Below the pieces are notes generated by a model. That model had not been told where the DNA came from and did no database searches. It worked only from the letters and a program-made list of their open reading frames with translations. A stretch of DNA of 63,934 nucleotides, filler included, from Octopus bimaculoides (taxonomy: Eukaryota): assembly GCF_001194135.2 (NCBI RefSeq). It is 4 parts of 3 records of this genome, joined end to end, with 100 filler letters (N's around TTAATTAATTAA, not from the genome) between each part and the next. Parts side by side here need not be neighbours in the genome. Positions count along the whole stretch, not along the records: positions 1 to 28,231 come from NC_068984.1; 3 more parts are not named here. One strand, given 5' to 3'. Of the stretch, positions 1 through 12,422 are shown piece by piece (position 1 is the stretch's first letter; each line of letters starts with the position of its first letter). Position numbers and translations under genes: made by a program.

Positions 1-24
1 TATATATAGACACACGCACGCACA

Positions 25-215
25 CAATTCAGGATCACAACACACAAATACATTGCAGCACAATTTCTTTCCCTCAACAGGCCCTGCCCTATTTAGGAAA
101 AGGATCCCATTACCTTTGAACGGAATTTGGACAAATTTCTTCAAGGAATACCAGATAAGCCACCTGTACCTGGATACAACTCACTCAACAAGAACTCCCT
201 ACTCGAATGGACCAT
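25..215 (+). mobile_element. 3' end remnant of a CR1-clade LINE (RT C-terminus)
   Basis: Translation ...PITFERNLDKFLQGIPDKPPVPGYNSLNKNSLLEW resembles the FKxxLDKFLxxIPDxPxxxGY...NSL C-terminus of CR1-like ORF2; followed by a (TATC)n tract. Confidence 0.65.
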
Positions 216-221
216 GATACC

Positions 222-292
<71 letters not shown>
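222..292. repeat. (TATC)n microsatellite
   Basis: About 17 perfect TATC units, seen directly. Confidence 0.98.
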
Positions 293-295
<3 letters not shown>

Positions 296-615
296 TCATA
301 AATTCATAAATGCGCGCGCTTATATATATATTGCGTATTTCCATGTATATACATACATACGTACACATACAAATACATATATATGAGTGTGCGCGCGTGT
401 GCGTGTATGTGTATGTGTATGTCAGTGCACACGGGGTGTGTGCGTGCGTAGTTTTGTATATCTATTTATAGTTATAACAACATATGTATATTTACTTGAG
501 TATATTCAGTTGTTTGAGCACAATGCAAACATTGGTATAGACAGAAGTTATATATATATATATATATATATCCATATAACAATAATATTAGGGATAAATT
601 CTATCTTTTCTCTAA

Positions 616-653
<38 letters not shown>

Positions 654-662
654 TCTTTTACA

Positions 663-866
663 CTTTTACTTGTTTCAGTCTTTTTTGACTGTGGCCATGC
701 TGGAGCACGGCCTTTAGTCGAGCAAATCGACCCCAGGACTTATTCTTTGGAAGCCTAGTACCTATTCTATCGGTCTCTTTTGCCGAACCGCTAAGTTACG
801 GGGACATAAACACACCAGCATCGGTTGTCAAGCGATGTTGGGGGGACAAACACAGACATACAAACA
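663..866 (-). mobile_element. SINE family A, 3' half (head presumably lost in the adjacent N-gap)
   Basis: Near-identical to the 3' halves at 5172-5375 and 61388-61590 (cttttacttgtttcagtc...gacaaacacagaca), followed by a CA/TA microsatellite and a gap. Confidence 0.85.
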
Positions 867-1513
867 CATACACACATACATATATATATATACATATNNN
901 NNNNNNNNNNNNNNNNNNNNNNNNNNNNNNNNNNNNNNNNNNNNNNNNNNNNNNNNNNNNNNNNNNNNNNNNNNNNNNNNNNNNNNNNNNNNNNNNNNNN
1001 NNNNNNNNNNNNNNNNNNNNNNNNNNNNNNNNNNNNNNNNNNNNNNNNNNNNNNNNNNNNNNNNNNNNNNNNNNNNNNNNNNNNNNNNNNNNNNNNNNNN
1101 NNNNNNNNNNNNNNNNNNNNNNNNNNNNNNNNNNNNNNNNNNNNNNNNNNNNNNNNNNNNNNNNNNNNNNNNNNNNNNNNNNNNNNNNNNNNNNNNNNNN
1201 NNNNNNNNNNNNNNNNNNNNNNNNNNNNNNNNNNNNNNNNNNNNNNNNNNNNNNNNNNNNNNNNNNNNNNNNNNNNNNNNNNNNNNNNNNNNNNNNNNNN
1301 NNNNNNNNNNNNNNNNNNNNNNNNNNNNNNNNNNNNNNNNNNNNNNNNNNNNNNNNNNNNNNNNNNNNNNNNNNNNNNNNNNNNNNNNNNNNNNNNNNNN
1401 NNNNNNNNNNNNNNNNNNNNNNNNNNNNNNNNNNNNNNNNNNNNNNNNNNNNNNNNNNNNNNNNNNNNNNNNNNNNNNNNNNNNNNNNNNNNNNNNNNNN
1501 NNNNNNNNNNNNN

Positions 1514-1596
<83 letters not shown>

Positions 1597-1683
1597 TACA
1601 TATACATATATATATATATACATGTATATATATACATATATGTATACAAATACATATATGTACATAAATATATATGTACACAT

Positions 1684-1747
<64 letters not shown>

Positions 1748-2808
1748 AGAGAGAGAATGAAAACTCAGGAGAGAGAAAGAGAGAAAGAGAGCGGAGAGGG
1801 CATGAAAATGGGATACGGAAGAGCAACAAAAAGGAGAGAGAGGGAGCTAAGAGGAGGATAGATGGCGATAAGAAAACCAAGTAACAGCAAAAACCGAAAG
1901 TGTTGCTGTTGAAGATAAACACATCCAGCTTGGTTATATATGCATACGCGCATGCGCGCACGCACACGCGCACGCACACGCGCACGCACACGCGCACGCA
2001 CATACGCACACACACACACATACATATGCGCATGTACATATACACGTATTATGTAAAATTTGCTCGCACGCACACATACATGCGTACACACTTTTATTCA
2101 TACATACACACGTACACTCATATACATATAAGCATACAAATATGCAATACATATATAATGCATACATGCATGCATGTATACATACATACATACATACATA
2201 TATACATACAAACAAAACTGCCACGAGAATTCTTCAAGAACAAGAATGTAAAAAATGTAAATTTTTTTTTTTGTTTTTGCTAAAACTCACAATAAGTACA
2301 ACTTGATGATGTATCCATTCATAAGAGACCTGAAAACAAGACATATTAGGGCAGGCTTCGCTCGAGCTGCTAGAAATAGCAGTCAAATCTCCATCACATT
2401 CAAACATCCTACTGTTTAAAAAAGGAGAGAATACATTAAATAAATGTAACACTTGATAAATTATGTTTAAAAAAAAACAAGAAAAACAGGCTGGGCGGTC
2501 ATGAGAGGATACCTCTGATTATAGAGATCATTATGATCAGGAGTAACATGCTACTGAACAACAATATCAGGAAGTTAAACCTTGTTGCATTACTACTAAA
2601 CCGACACTCATCACTGTCTTAAAAGTTTTAGCCATAAGATTTCACTTTCTCTACTCCCAAACAACACGCAGTTAAATCTCTTTCTTGACGGTCCAGCAAT
2701 TTATAAAATTGCATTCCAAAGTTTATCCTCTTACTTTTGGACTAGAAAATACTTCAGATCTGATCAGTTACGCATTCTAGAGAGTTCAAGAAAGACGCAT
2801 AATGTAGT

Positions 2809-3175
2809 TGGCACTCCGTCGCTTACGACGTCGAGGGTTCCAGTTGATCCTATCAACGGAACAGCCTGCTCGTGAAATTAACGTGCAAGTGGCTGAGCAC
2901 TCCACAGACACGTGTACTCTTAACGTAGTTCTCGGGGATATTCAGTGTGACAAGGCTGACCCTTTGAATTACAGGCACAACAGAAACAGGAAGTAAGAGT
3001 GAGAGAAAGTTGTGGTGAAAGAGTACAGCAGGGTTCACCACCATCCCCTGCCGGAGCCTCGTGGAGTTTTAGGTGTTTTCTCTCAATAAGCACTCACAAC
3101 GCCCGGTCTGGGAATCGAAACCGCGATCCTATGACCACGAGTCCGCTGCCCTAACCACCGAGCCATTGTGCCTCC
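2809..3175 (-). mobile_element. SINE family B, full length, tRNA-derived, with 14-bp TSD
   Basis: Reverse complement begins GGAGGCACAATGGCTCGGTGGTTAGGGCAGCGGACTC...GGTTTCGATTCCC (A/B-box-like). Aligns over its whole length to 59976-60354. ACGCATAATGTAGT is duplicated at 2795-2808 and 3176-3189. Confidence 0.9.
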
Positions 3176-4334
3176 ACGCATAATGTAGTACTGTTCTGAT
3201 ATCTGACTCGACACTTTTGTTACATGCATAGATATTAATATTATAGACCAGTGATAGCGAAACTATGACACGCAGTAAGAGTTTGAAAAAAATTGTCCGC
3301 AAACTAAAATACATATGTAGAACTTAAGTGAGACTTCGACAACAGAATTATTAATGGAGTGTCGACACGCCAAGCTAAAAGTTTCGCCATCGCTGCCTAA
3401 CCGAATTCAAAACGTGATGAAGGTCACTCTTTGCCATCCACATTTTCTCATCATTCATATCTTTGACGGTGTTGCAGTTCTGGGTCAAGGCAAGACGAAA
3501 AGTGGGCACTTGCATCCGAAATGTTGTTAGACACTCGCAACCCCCTGGTAGTCAGGCAATACTACTGGTGGAACTTCAGTAATGGTATTCTAGTGGTAGG
3601 AACTTTCTCAGGGAAACTCTAGGCATCGATGCAAATCAACTTGGTATATCTCCAAGGACTTTTGGCCCGGAGACTGGATAAATTCGAGAAATATCTGGTT
3701 TGACAGTGCTGTCAAGAGACTTTGCCGGTTCGGAACAAATTTTCTGGCCTGGATGTGACGTCAACTTGGCCTGCTCGTGATGTGCGCTGAGCAATGAAAC
3801 TGTTTTGAACGCAGTCGTTCAGTATTCGAACAGTTGATTTGTTTTGTCAAATAGCTGCTAGCGCGTGTAGGATGGTATCTGCTAAGCTAACAGGCGAGAC
3901 GATCGTGGAAGACCACCCATTGCCTTTTTGGCCAGGGATATGTGGGAGTTTTCTTTTGTTTGGAGGCTCCAGCGAAAGTCTCCAGTGTGGTGGCATGACT
4001 GAAAAGATTGAAGACAGACCCTTCTTCCTTTAAATCCTTATTGATTTTGTTTTCAAATATCATTTGAAGAGGAAAGTAAAGGTAGAGACGGAGAAGTCTG
4101 AAACGAAGGTGGAGACAGGGTAGATCTTTTCTGATTTAGGTGGAGATCTTGGTGTTATTGCCTCAGAGGTTCTTCTTGCTGTTGCATGTCACTGTTGTTA
4201 GTTCTGCTGTTTCTTTGTTTGCTTACTTTTGTTGCTGCTATTGTTTTTATTGCTGTTGCTATTGTTTTTGTTGGTGCGGCTTTCTGGTTGCTGTTGCGCT
4301 ACTGTTGTTGGTTCTGCTGAATTTTCAATCATAT

Positions 4335-4440
4335 AGGCGCAGGTATTGCGGCGTTGTTAAGAAGTCAGCTTCTCAACCACATGATTTCCAGTTTAGTCCC
4401 ACTGTACAGCACCTTGGGCAAGTGTCTTCTGCAACAGGTA
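4335..4440 (+). mobile_element. SINE family A, tRNA-like head fragment
   Basis: aggcgcagg...agtcccactg...gcaccttgggcaagtgtcttct matches the head at 57160-57324. Confidence 0.75.
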
Positions 4441-4480
4441 GTTGGAAACTGGAAGGGTTAGGGTTATCTATCATTACTTG

Positions 4481-4818
4481 TTTTACTTGTTTTAGTCATT
4501 GGACTGTGGTCATGCTGGGGCACAGCCTTGAAGGGTTTAGTCGAACATATTCATTCTAGGAGTTATTTTTTAAAGCTTAGTGCGGATTCTATTGGTTTTT
4601 TGCGGGACCGTTACGTTACGGGGACGAAAACAAACCAGCAGTTTCCGTCTTTCTTACAATTTCCGTCTTCCTAACAGTTTCACCCTTCCAAATCCACCCA
4701 CAAGGCATTGGTCAGTTCGAGGCTATAACTGAAGAAGATACTTGCTCAGTGTACCGTGCAATGGGACTGAACCTGAAATAACGAGGTTGAAGAACAAACT
4801 TCCTACCTGCGCAGCTAT
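4481..4818 (-). mobile_element. SINE family A, diverged near-full copy
   Basis: Aligns to 5172-5572 without the internal microsatellite. Confidence 0.75.
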
Positions 4819-5171
4819 TTGTTGAATTAATTCCTTAATCATACTCGTGTACTACAAGATATTGGAAAGCATATTTTAAATAATAAGCGACAAAATTATG
4901 AATAACAATCCCTTGGTTGTTTTCGTCGTGAATAGCACAATGCGAGGTGAAACGCAGAGTAGAATGTCAACTACGATGTAATACATATATTCTATTCACT
5001 CTATCCGTCGTATTGAGCTCTATATCAGATAACGCTCGAATTACGTTAAAATATATTTTGGTATAATTTAGAACTCTTACATCATGATGATGTAATAAAT
5101 ATTCTTAAAACAACTCACCTGTTCAAAGATTAATACCAATCAAAAATCTGGGAAAAAATAACGATTAATAC

Positions 5172-5374
5172 TTTTATTCTTTTATTCGTTTCAGTCATTT
5201 GACTGCGGCCAGGCTGGAGCACCACCTTTAGTCGAATAAATCGACCCCAGAACTTATTCTTTGTAAGCCTAGTATTTATTCTATCGGTCTCTTTTTCAAA
5301 ACCGCTAAGTTATGGAGACATAAACACACCAACATCGGTTGTCAAGCGATGTTGAGGGGACAAACAGACACACA

Positions 5375-5409
<35 letters not shown>

Positions 5410-5572
5410 GACAGGTTTCTTTCAGTTTCTGTCTACCAAATCCACTCACAAGGCTTTGGCTGGCCCAAGGCTATAATAGAAGACACTTGCCCACGGTGCC
5501 ACGCAGTGGGACTGAACTCGGAACCATGTGGCTGGTAAGCAAGCTACTTACCACACAGCCACTCCTGCGCCT
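5172..5572 (-). mobile_element. SINE family A, full length with internal (TA)n tract
   Basis: tRNA-like head (reverse complement aggcgcaggagtggctgtgtggtaag...gagttcagtccc), internal (TA)n at about 5375-5408, and 3' body ending gactgaaacgaataaa. Confidence 0.9.
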
Positions 5573-5744
5573 TAAAATTTAGACATACAAGAATTAAATA
5601 TGGGGTTTAAGCATTGAATAACTGTTGCATTGTCTCAGTCGAACTAGCACTATGGGATTATATATGTGTGGAGAGAGGACACTTAAATATTGGTATATTT
5701 CACTCTTCAAATCCATTGAAACATAAAAATTTTTTTTGAAGTCC

Positions 5745-6440
5745 CCTATAGCAGAAAAATGCTAATACAAGAAATGAAAAGGCATAGTCATTGATGCCTT
5801 TTATGCAGAACCTAGCGATTAAAAAATTGCCAACTTTCTAAATGCTGCAAGATCTTTTGTACACGAAGTTCGGATGGAAGTGAAAGCCACGAGTGGGAAT
5901 GTTTCAGTTTATCGAAGAGAAAAAAAAATACATTCTAAACATGCGAATACTATAAGGAGCCCGTAATTCATTCAACAGGTTCAAAACGTTATCGGTGATG
6001 ATCTCAGAAAACCAAAGAACTTCAGGTATTGGAGTGGTCTGTCAGAACTGTGGTGCTCGAGGAAATTCGATACAAGTCGTATGTATTGAAGAGAGACCAA
6101 ATTCATACCTGCAAAGACACGGAGAAACTATTTGATCAGTTTCAAGCCTCGCGAACATGGCATGCTTTAGTTCTTTGACGAGAAAAACTTCAACCAACAC
6201 CAAAAGTCTAACGGAAGAAATGACAGAAAGTGATGCGAAAACCCTTCTAATGTCTCCAGAGTGATGCACACTAAACTTCCAGCAACTTTGATGGGTTTTA
6301 GAAGTGGTTGGTCACGAAGGTCATGTCATGCCACCTCACATCTTTCCATAGGATCTTAGAATTGATGCGTTGAGGTTTTGGAGACAATTGTTAAGCCTTG
6401 GATGGATGGAATACGTAGTATAAGGTTATATACTTCCTAC
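5745..6440 (+). mobile_element. Decayed maT (DD37D-type Tc1/mariner) transposase
   Basis: Frameshifted translation gives QEMKRH...KIANFLNAARSFVHEVR, IRYKSY, FDEKNFNQHQKSNGRNDR, VMHTKLPATLM, EGHVMPPHIFP, LETIVKPWMD, all typical maT motifs. Homologous to 51090-51580. Confidence 0.8.
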
Positions 6441-6651
6441 TATATCCATATATAAGTCATGTATACACTCAAAGAAACCGTGTTGCTGAAATGAAATAGC
6501 GAAGGCCACTTGGAGGAGATGTACCTTGATTTATCCCTAGTAAAATATATACCCTCCTTTGTTATTGAGGTTGTTATACCTAGTATTACTCACATACATT
6601 TATAGATGGTAAAAGCAAATCAAGTAATTGAGAATAATTCTTTTAAATTTT

Positions 6652-6845
6652 AACAAAAGGCTAGCAATTTTGAGGGGGAAGGGTAAGTCAATTGTATCGA
6701 CCCCTGTACCTGACTGGTACTTATTTTATCGACACCAAAAGGCTGAAAGGTAAAGTCAATCTTAGCGGAATTCGAGCCTAGAGCGGCAGAGGAAATGCCC
6801 TTAAGCAACTTGTCTGGCGTGCTAAAGATTCTGCCAGCTCTCCGC
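6652..6845 (-). mobile_element. SINE family C
   Basis: Reverse complement gagctggcagaatctttagcacgcc...tcgataaaataagtaccagtc...gtcgatacaattgac; same family as 31240-31446. Confidence 0.85.
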
Positions 6846-7214
6846 ACCCCGGTAGAGAATAACATATATATTGAATAATGGAATTATTTTCCAGTTATAT
6901 TAAAAAAAAAATAAAAGGAAAAAGCTACTGTTTTCAGATCTACAGGAATTTCGGTTCAACAGTTAATTCAGAAAAAAAAAAAAAGACAAGAAAGTTATCT
7001 TGATTTTGAGTCTAGCATTTTAATATGCTTGAAGAAGTAAATTTGATTTCATTATCTGAAGATCTGGAAAATTTTAGTTCTTATGTAATTGAGGGATAAC
7101 GCAGGTATTAAGTTTACACACGCACACAAGCGTGTGCACATACACGAGCGTGTGCACATACACAGGCGTGTGCACACACAAGCGTGTGCGCACACACACA
7201 TGCATACGCGTGCG

Positions 7215-7215
<1 letters not shown>

Positions 7216-7281
<66 letters not shown>
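7216..7281. repeat. (CA)n microsatellite
   Basis: Long perfect CA run, seen directly. Confidence 0.98.
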
Positions 7282-7283
<2 letters not shown>

Positions 7284-7644
7284 GCACACATCTAGCATGA
7301 TCTCTTTGAGAATATACATGAATTGTTTATGGATATAGTTGGAAGTATAAATGAATTATATATGACGTAGCAGCCAGTGTAAATGGATTTTATATAACGT
7401 AGCAGGGTGTACCAAAGAAATATACATCCTGTAGAAGTACTAGTGTTGAAGTATCCTCGTGGTTCAACGAAGAGGATTCAGTTGTTCAATTAACTGAATT
7501 ATCTGCTCCTGAATTGAGGTGTAAGTGACCGAGAATATGACAAACACAACTACTCTTAACGTAATTCTCTAGTATAATCATAATCTGAATGACACAGTAT
7601 AGGACAAAGCTGTACGTTACGAATTACAAGTACAAACCATCCTA

Positions 7645-7808
7645 CGGGCTTCTACTCAGTTTCCGTCTGCCCAATTTCTGTCACAAAGTATGGGCTGACT
7701 AGAAGCTATAGAAACTGACACCTCTCCAAGCTGCCACCCAGCGATATCGAACCCAGGGTTGCATGGTTAGGAAGCGATCTTCTTAACCATTCGGCCATAC
7801 TGCGTCTG
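7645..7808 (-). mobile_element. SINE family A head, diverged
   Basis: acgggcttctactcagtttccgtctg...gaacccagggttgcatggtt aligns to family A heads. Confidence 0.65.
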
Positions 7809-7899
7809 CGTATATTATGCAGTAGGGAGTATAAAGCAATTGCACATAATGTAGCAGGAGGGATAAAAGGATATTATATGATGCAGTTGGGAGTATGAA

Positions 7900-8092
7900 G
7901 GTGGCGAGCTGGTATAATCGTCTGAGGGTCGAACAAAATTATTTGGTGGCGTTTCTTCCTGCCTTTTACGCTCTGAGTTCAAATTCTGCTGCAATTAACT
8001 TTGTCTTTTATTCCTTCGAAAATCGATAAAATAAAGTACCAGTCAAGTACTGAGGTCGATGTAATCAACATGTCCCCCTCCTCTCAAAAATG
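7900..8092 (+). mobile_element. SINE family C
   Basis: ggcgagctggtataatcg...ctgagttcaaattc...tcgataaaataaagtaccagtcaagtactgaggtcgatgtaatc. Confidence 0.85.
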
Positions 8093-8735
8093 ACTCGTTT
8101 TGAGCTTTGCAACGGACTGGCGTCCTGTTCAGGGAGACTGCTGTGATCTCGGTCATGGAAACAAGATGACCGACATTATGAGTTCTAAGGTTCGACGAAA
8201 AAAAAAAATAAAAACATGAAACTAGGGGGTATAACGGGATTCTACATCTATTGGCAGGGAACATAAATAAATTGTAGATGAAATAGTAATGAGAGCAAAG
8301 GGATCTAAAGGGATCTAAAGGGATTGTTTGTATATTATGTAGTTGGGAGTAAAGATATGCAAAAGCCTGCTGGAGACCCACTCCTGTCCATCTGTCACCA
8401 GAGTTGAACATCATATCCTGACCGTTTGTGCTTTTAGTGGAGCCCACTATGTTGCAAGCATTCGGGATTAAAGATCTTTCAGCTTTTTACCACCAATCTA
8501 GGCGGCCCAGCAAGGGGCCATGGTGATAGACAAACCATAAAAAGGAACGAAATTTTGCTTGTTCACACAGCAACTTTAATTTGGTGTTGTGCCATGCAAT
8601 GCCTGTCTTGCAATAACGTATATATGCATACATATACACACACACACACACACACATATATACGTGTACATATATGTACGTGAAAATATTTATGCATGTC
8701 TTTAATTGCCTGTAAATATGTATGCGTTGTGCGCG

Positions 8736-8788
<53 letters not shown>

Positions 8789-10172
8789 ATATATACACAC
8801 ACACATACATACACCCCACTACACCACATATATATTTGTATGTGCATGTATGTGTGTGTTATGTGTGCACGTGTGTGTCAGCATATGTGAGTGTGCACAA
8901 GTGATATCAGGTTACAACTAAATTCATGTAGTCTCGTTTCAGACAAGCTTATTATCTGAGTCAATTTGTCGCTTGGTTTTTCTCTCTCTCTCTCTCGTCT
9001 CCACACTTTCTGACATTTAGTTGATTAGTAACTAGATTTTATCAGCTACTCGATTGCTGTCCTCGTATCTTTCATTCTTAGCTCTCCCTCCTTCTCCACC
9101 ACCCTCGTCAAAACCCTTACTACAACTTCTGTCCATGCCATATCGTACCATGCATTAACTATTATCAACTTCATTTTAGCAGCTGAAAAATACAGGTGGA
9201 TTAAACTATACGTCGTCGGTTTGTGCAAAATGCTTCATTGATATGTAATTGTTTTTCGGCATTCACCCTGCATTGATGAACGTATATAAGCGCTGAATAA
9301 AAAAACAGAAAACAAAAGAAAGCCAAAGAAAAAGAAAAGACAACCAAGAAAATAAATAAATAAACGATGGATGTGCATGCTGTAAGGAAAAGAGAGAAAA
9401 ATAAAAATAAAAAAAATAAAGAAAAAATGAAGGAGAACCAAAATAGAGAAAAAAAAGAAAAGAAAAGAAAACGAAAGAACAAATGGAAAGAAGACAACGT
9501 AATAAAAGAATAGATAACTGTGGGCGTCTATAAAATACAAATATAAGAAAAGATGGATGGTGGAGGGGGAAAAAGTTTGCGTATTCTCTCATTCACACAA
9601 ACCAACTAATTTCTCTGTTGGGATACTCATGCTGATATGGAATAAATAGTATGCACACATATTTACAATATTATCTGAAAAACAAAAAAAGCAAAGCAAA
9701 GCAAACAAACAAACAAAAAAAAAAAAAAAAATTGTACCAGTCCTACTAACGACCACTTTTAAAGAATTCTTGACGCGAACACAACTCCGCCAATAAGCGA
9801 ATTCTGCTTACTGATATTCGCAACATCAATCTGGTAAGACAAATAATCTTTATCTTCACCATAAATCCCATTTGCAGTGTTACATATTTGTATATATTCA
9901 TCTGTAAATGTTTCCATTCATAATTTTTTCATTCATATTTTTTATTATTACGTTTGTAGAAATAAATAATCTTGTATTTTTCTATTATTCAATTGATCTT
10001 TAATCATAATTAAATAAACGTCTTTAGCTTTAAATAGTATAGCTTTAACTATTACACCGGTTAAATATGTACTAATTTTATCTTCATTATTATTTTAAAC
10101 TTAAACTTCGTTCAACTTGTATTTAANNNNNNNNNNNNNNNNNNNNNNNNNNNNNNNNNNNNNNNNNNNNNN

Positions 10173-10209
<37 letters not shown>

Positions 10210-10369
10210 TTTTTTGCCTTGTCCCTTTTAACGGGTCTCGCTTTTAAGAAAATGTCTCTCTGTCTTACTCCCTCTCCCCCTCCCTCATTCTGGGAGTATG
10301 TGTGTGTGAATGTTATGTCAGGCTGGCAGAAATACAAGGTGTTTCAAGAGGTGTGTTACCTCACCTGTC

Positions 10370-10576
10370 GTTAGAGCCCCTCATTTTGGGTGGGAATTTA
10401 GGTTCTACGATTACCATACTAGTTTACTGTATATTGGCACAGACTGGTAGACGATTAAATCGACCCCGGAGAAGGAAATACATCGGTAGGATTTGAATTC
10501 AGAACATAAAGAAGCCAAAACGAAAACTTCATGACATTTAACTGAAGCTCTAACCATACTGCCAATCTACGGCCCT
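10370..10576 (-). mobile_element. SINE family C, diverged
   Basis: aatcgaccccgg...ggatttgaattcagaac...actgccaatc matches the reverse of family C. Confidence 0.55.
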
Positions 10577-10965
10577 TTGTGTGTAGTTATTTAATATACC
10601 CATCATTACTATTTTTTTTGTAAATAATCATTGTCGAATTTGAAAATGTTTTGTTTTGCGGACGCATCAACACATTCTCAACTTTTTCAATAAATTTAAG
10701 ATGGCGTCAGATTGGGAATTACTTTCAGCATATACTGAAACGACACCTACTTTATTGTCAACCTGTCATCCAATTGATTACAAGATGCAGTTCATATTTC
10801 AAAGTTCTACCCTTGGCTGCATACAGTTGCGAAATGAAAGCGTGGAAGATATGAAAAAAGAGGTGGGAGTGATGGAAAGGTGGTTGAGAATTAATGAGAT
10901 TACACTTTTTGTTTTCGCTCATACAAACTTGAACTGTTCATTGACTTTTGATATTCATGTATGTG

Positions 10966-10999
<34 letters not shown>

Positions 11000-11094
11000 C
11001 CTATCTATCTATTTATAAGTGTTTCTTTTATTTTGTTATTTTATAAAGCGAAAAGTTATAAGAAATAATACAATGGTTTGTACTCTTATCTCGT

Positions 11095-11134
11095 ATTTCA
11101 ATATTTCGGGGTTAAGACCGCTTCCTCAGGGAAC
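11095..11134 (-). ncRNA. Minimal Penelope-type hammerhead ribozyme-like motif (imperfect)
   Basis: Minus strand: GTTCC-CTGAGGA-AGCGGTCTTAACCCC-GAA-ATAT-T-GAAAT. Core boxes are present, stem III is the palindrome ATAT, and stems I and II each carry one mismatch. Confidence 0.45.
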
Positions 11135-11428
11135 CTTTGGAGAAATGGTGCTGTGAGCTGTCTTCTCTGTCCTACCATTTCTCCGGAGATTTCTTTAGGA
11201 AAGGGTTCTAACTCTGAAACTTTGAAATACAAGAAAAAGTTACAAACCACCGGCTTGTTTCATTGCATTGTTTTGGTTTGATAAAATAAAAAAATTAAAC
11301 ACACATGCACACACATACACACACACATATATATTTTAAAATGTATATATATATTTCAAAATGTAACCATATGTGAATCGTTGGCGATTTTTTTTCCTCC
11401 GTCTTCCTTTTCTATTGGACTTTCCTCT

Positions 11429-11460
11429 GTTTCTGAAGAGCTTTGCTCGAAACGTAAAAC
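11429..11460 (+). ncRNA. Minimal Penelope-type hammerhead ribozyme motif
   Basis: GTTT-CTGAAGA-GCTTTGCTC-GAA-ACGT-A-AAAC: 4-bp stem I (GTTT/AAAC), intact CUGANGA and GAAA, palindromic ACGT stem III, GUA cleavage triplet. Confidence 0.6.
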
Positions 11461-12113
11461 CACCTTTCTTTCCTTCCTTGAGCGTCTGCTAATACTTTAC
11501 ATGTACCACGTCCTCGCGTTGTTGTTTTTTTTGTGTTTGTTCTTCGTTTTTTTTTGGGGGGGGGGATTTATATATATATACATATATACACACAACAAAC
11601 CAACAATGTTTCATGCAAACTATACTACTTTAATATTCTATATGAGATTGTAGTTCAAAGAAAAGTAAGTTTAAGAGAAAAGAGAATTTATAAAATACAT
11701 GTTTTGTTTGCTATGGAAGTAAAATAATTTTGATTGGGAATAGAAACTTGTAGGTATTGCGATTTACCCAAAGCAGTATCATAGCGTGCGTCAGTTTCTG
11801 ATATAACTACTATATGGACTTACTATCATTATTACTGATATAAAGCTACATAGCATTGTACACATAGAGAAGTGGATGTTAGAATTACTAGCGGATCGCG
11901 AAAATACCTTGTGTTATTTAGGTACATCCTGTTCTGGGTTCATATCATATCCAGGTTGAATTAACTTTCGTTCTTTGCAGAAAGAAAGAAAAGTAATGTG
12001 CCCCGAGGTACGGTCTGATAAAAAAGGCACAAACCAAAACACATAAACCGATTTTATAGACGTATGAACTTGTACTTATTACTGTTATTATAAATTATTA
12101 TTATTATTACTCA

Positions 12114-12250
12114 TTCAAATACCGCCGAAGTTATCTTTGCATTTTATCCTTTCAGTGTCGATAAAATAAGTACCAGTTAAGTACTGGGGATGACGTAACC
12201 AACAAGCCCCCTATCCCCAAATTTTAGGCCTTCTGTCAATACCTGAAAGG

Positions 12251-12291
<41 letters not shown>

Positions 12292-12305
12292 CATTATTAT
12301 TATTA
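12114..12305 (+). mobile_element. SINE family C 3' portion with (ATT)n tail
   Basis: ttcaaataccgccgaag...gtcgataaaataagtaccagttaagtactgggg followed by (ATT)n at 12251-12305. Confidence 0.8.
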
Positions 12306-12391
12306 TACAAGCATCAGACCATTAAGTGTTTATATTTCCCGTTAGATTCTGATTTAATATATTTTTGATACCAACTTCATATTTTCTTTAA

Positions 12392-12422
<31 letters not shown>

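Noticed and set aside
791-2283. Long ORFs in the track (300-405 aa), and similar ones at 20598-21416, 23801-24504, 52310-53410 and 57282-58385
   Set aside because: They consist of N-gaps (X) and dinucleotide repeats (YI/CV/HT runs); not coding evidence.
2500-2552. Minus-strand MLLLIIMISIIRG signal-peptide-like start (and plus-strand MLKITVFISLSAALILF at 25678)
   Set aside because: Both stop within a few codons, and splicing to the nearby acceptors gives stops; hydrophobic runs are common in T-rich DNA.
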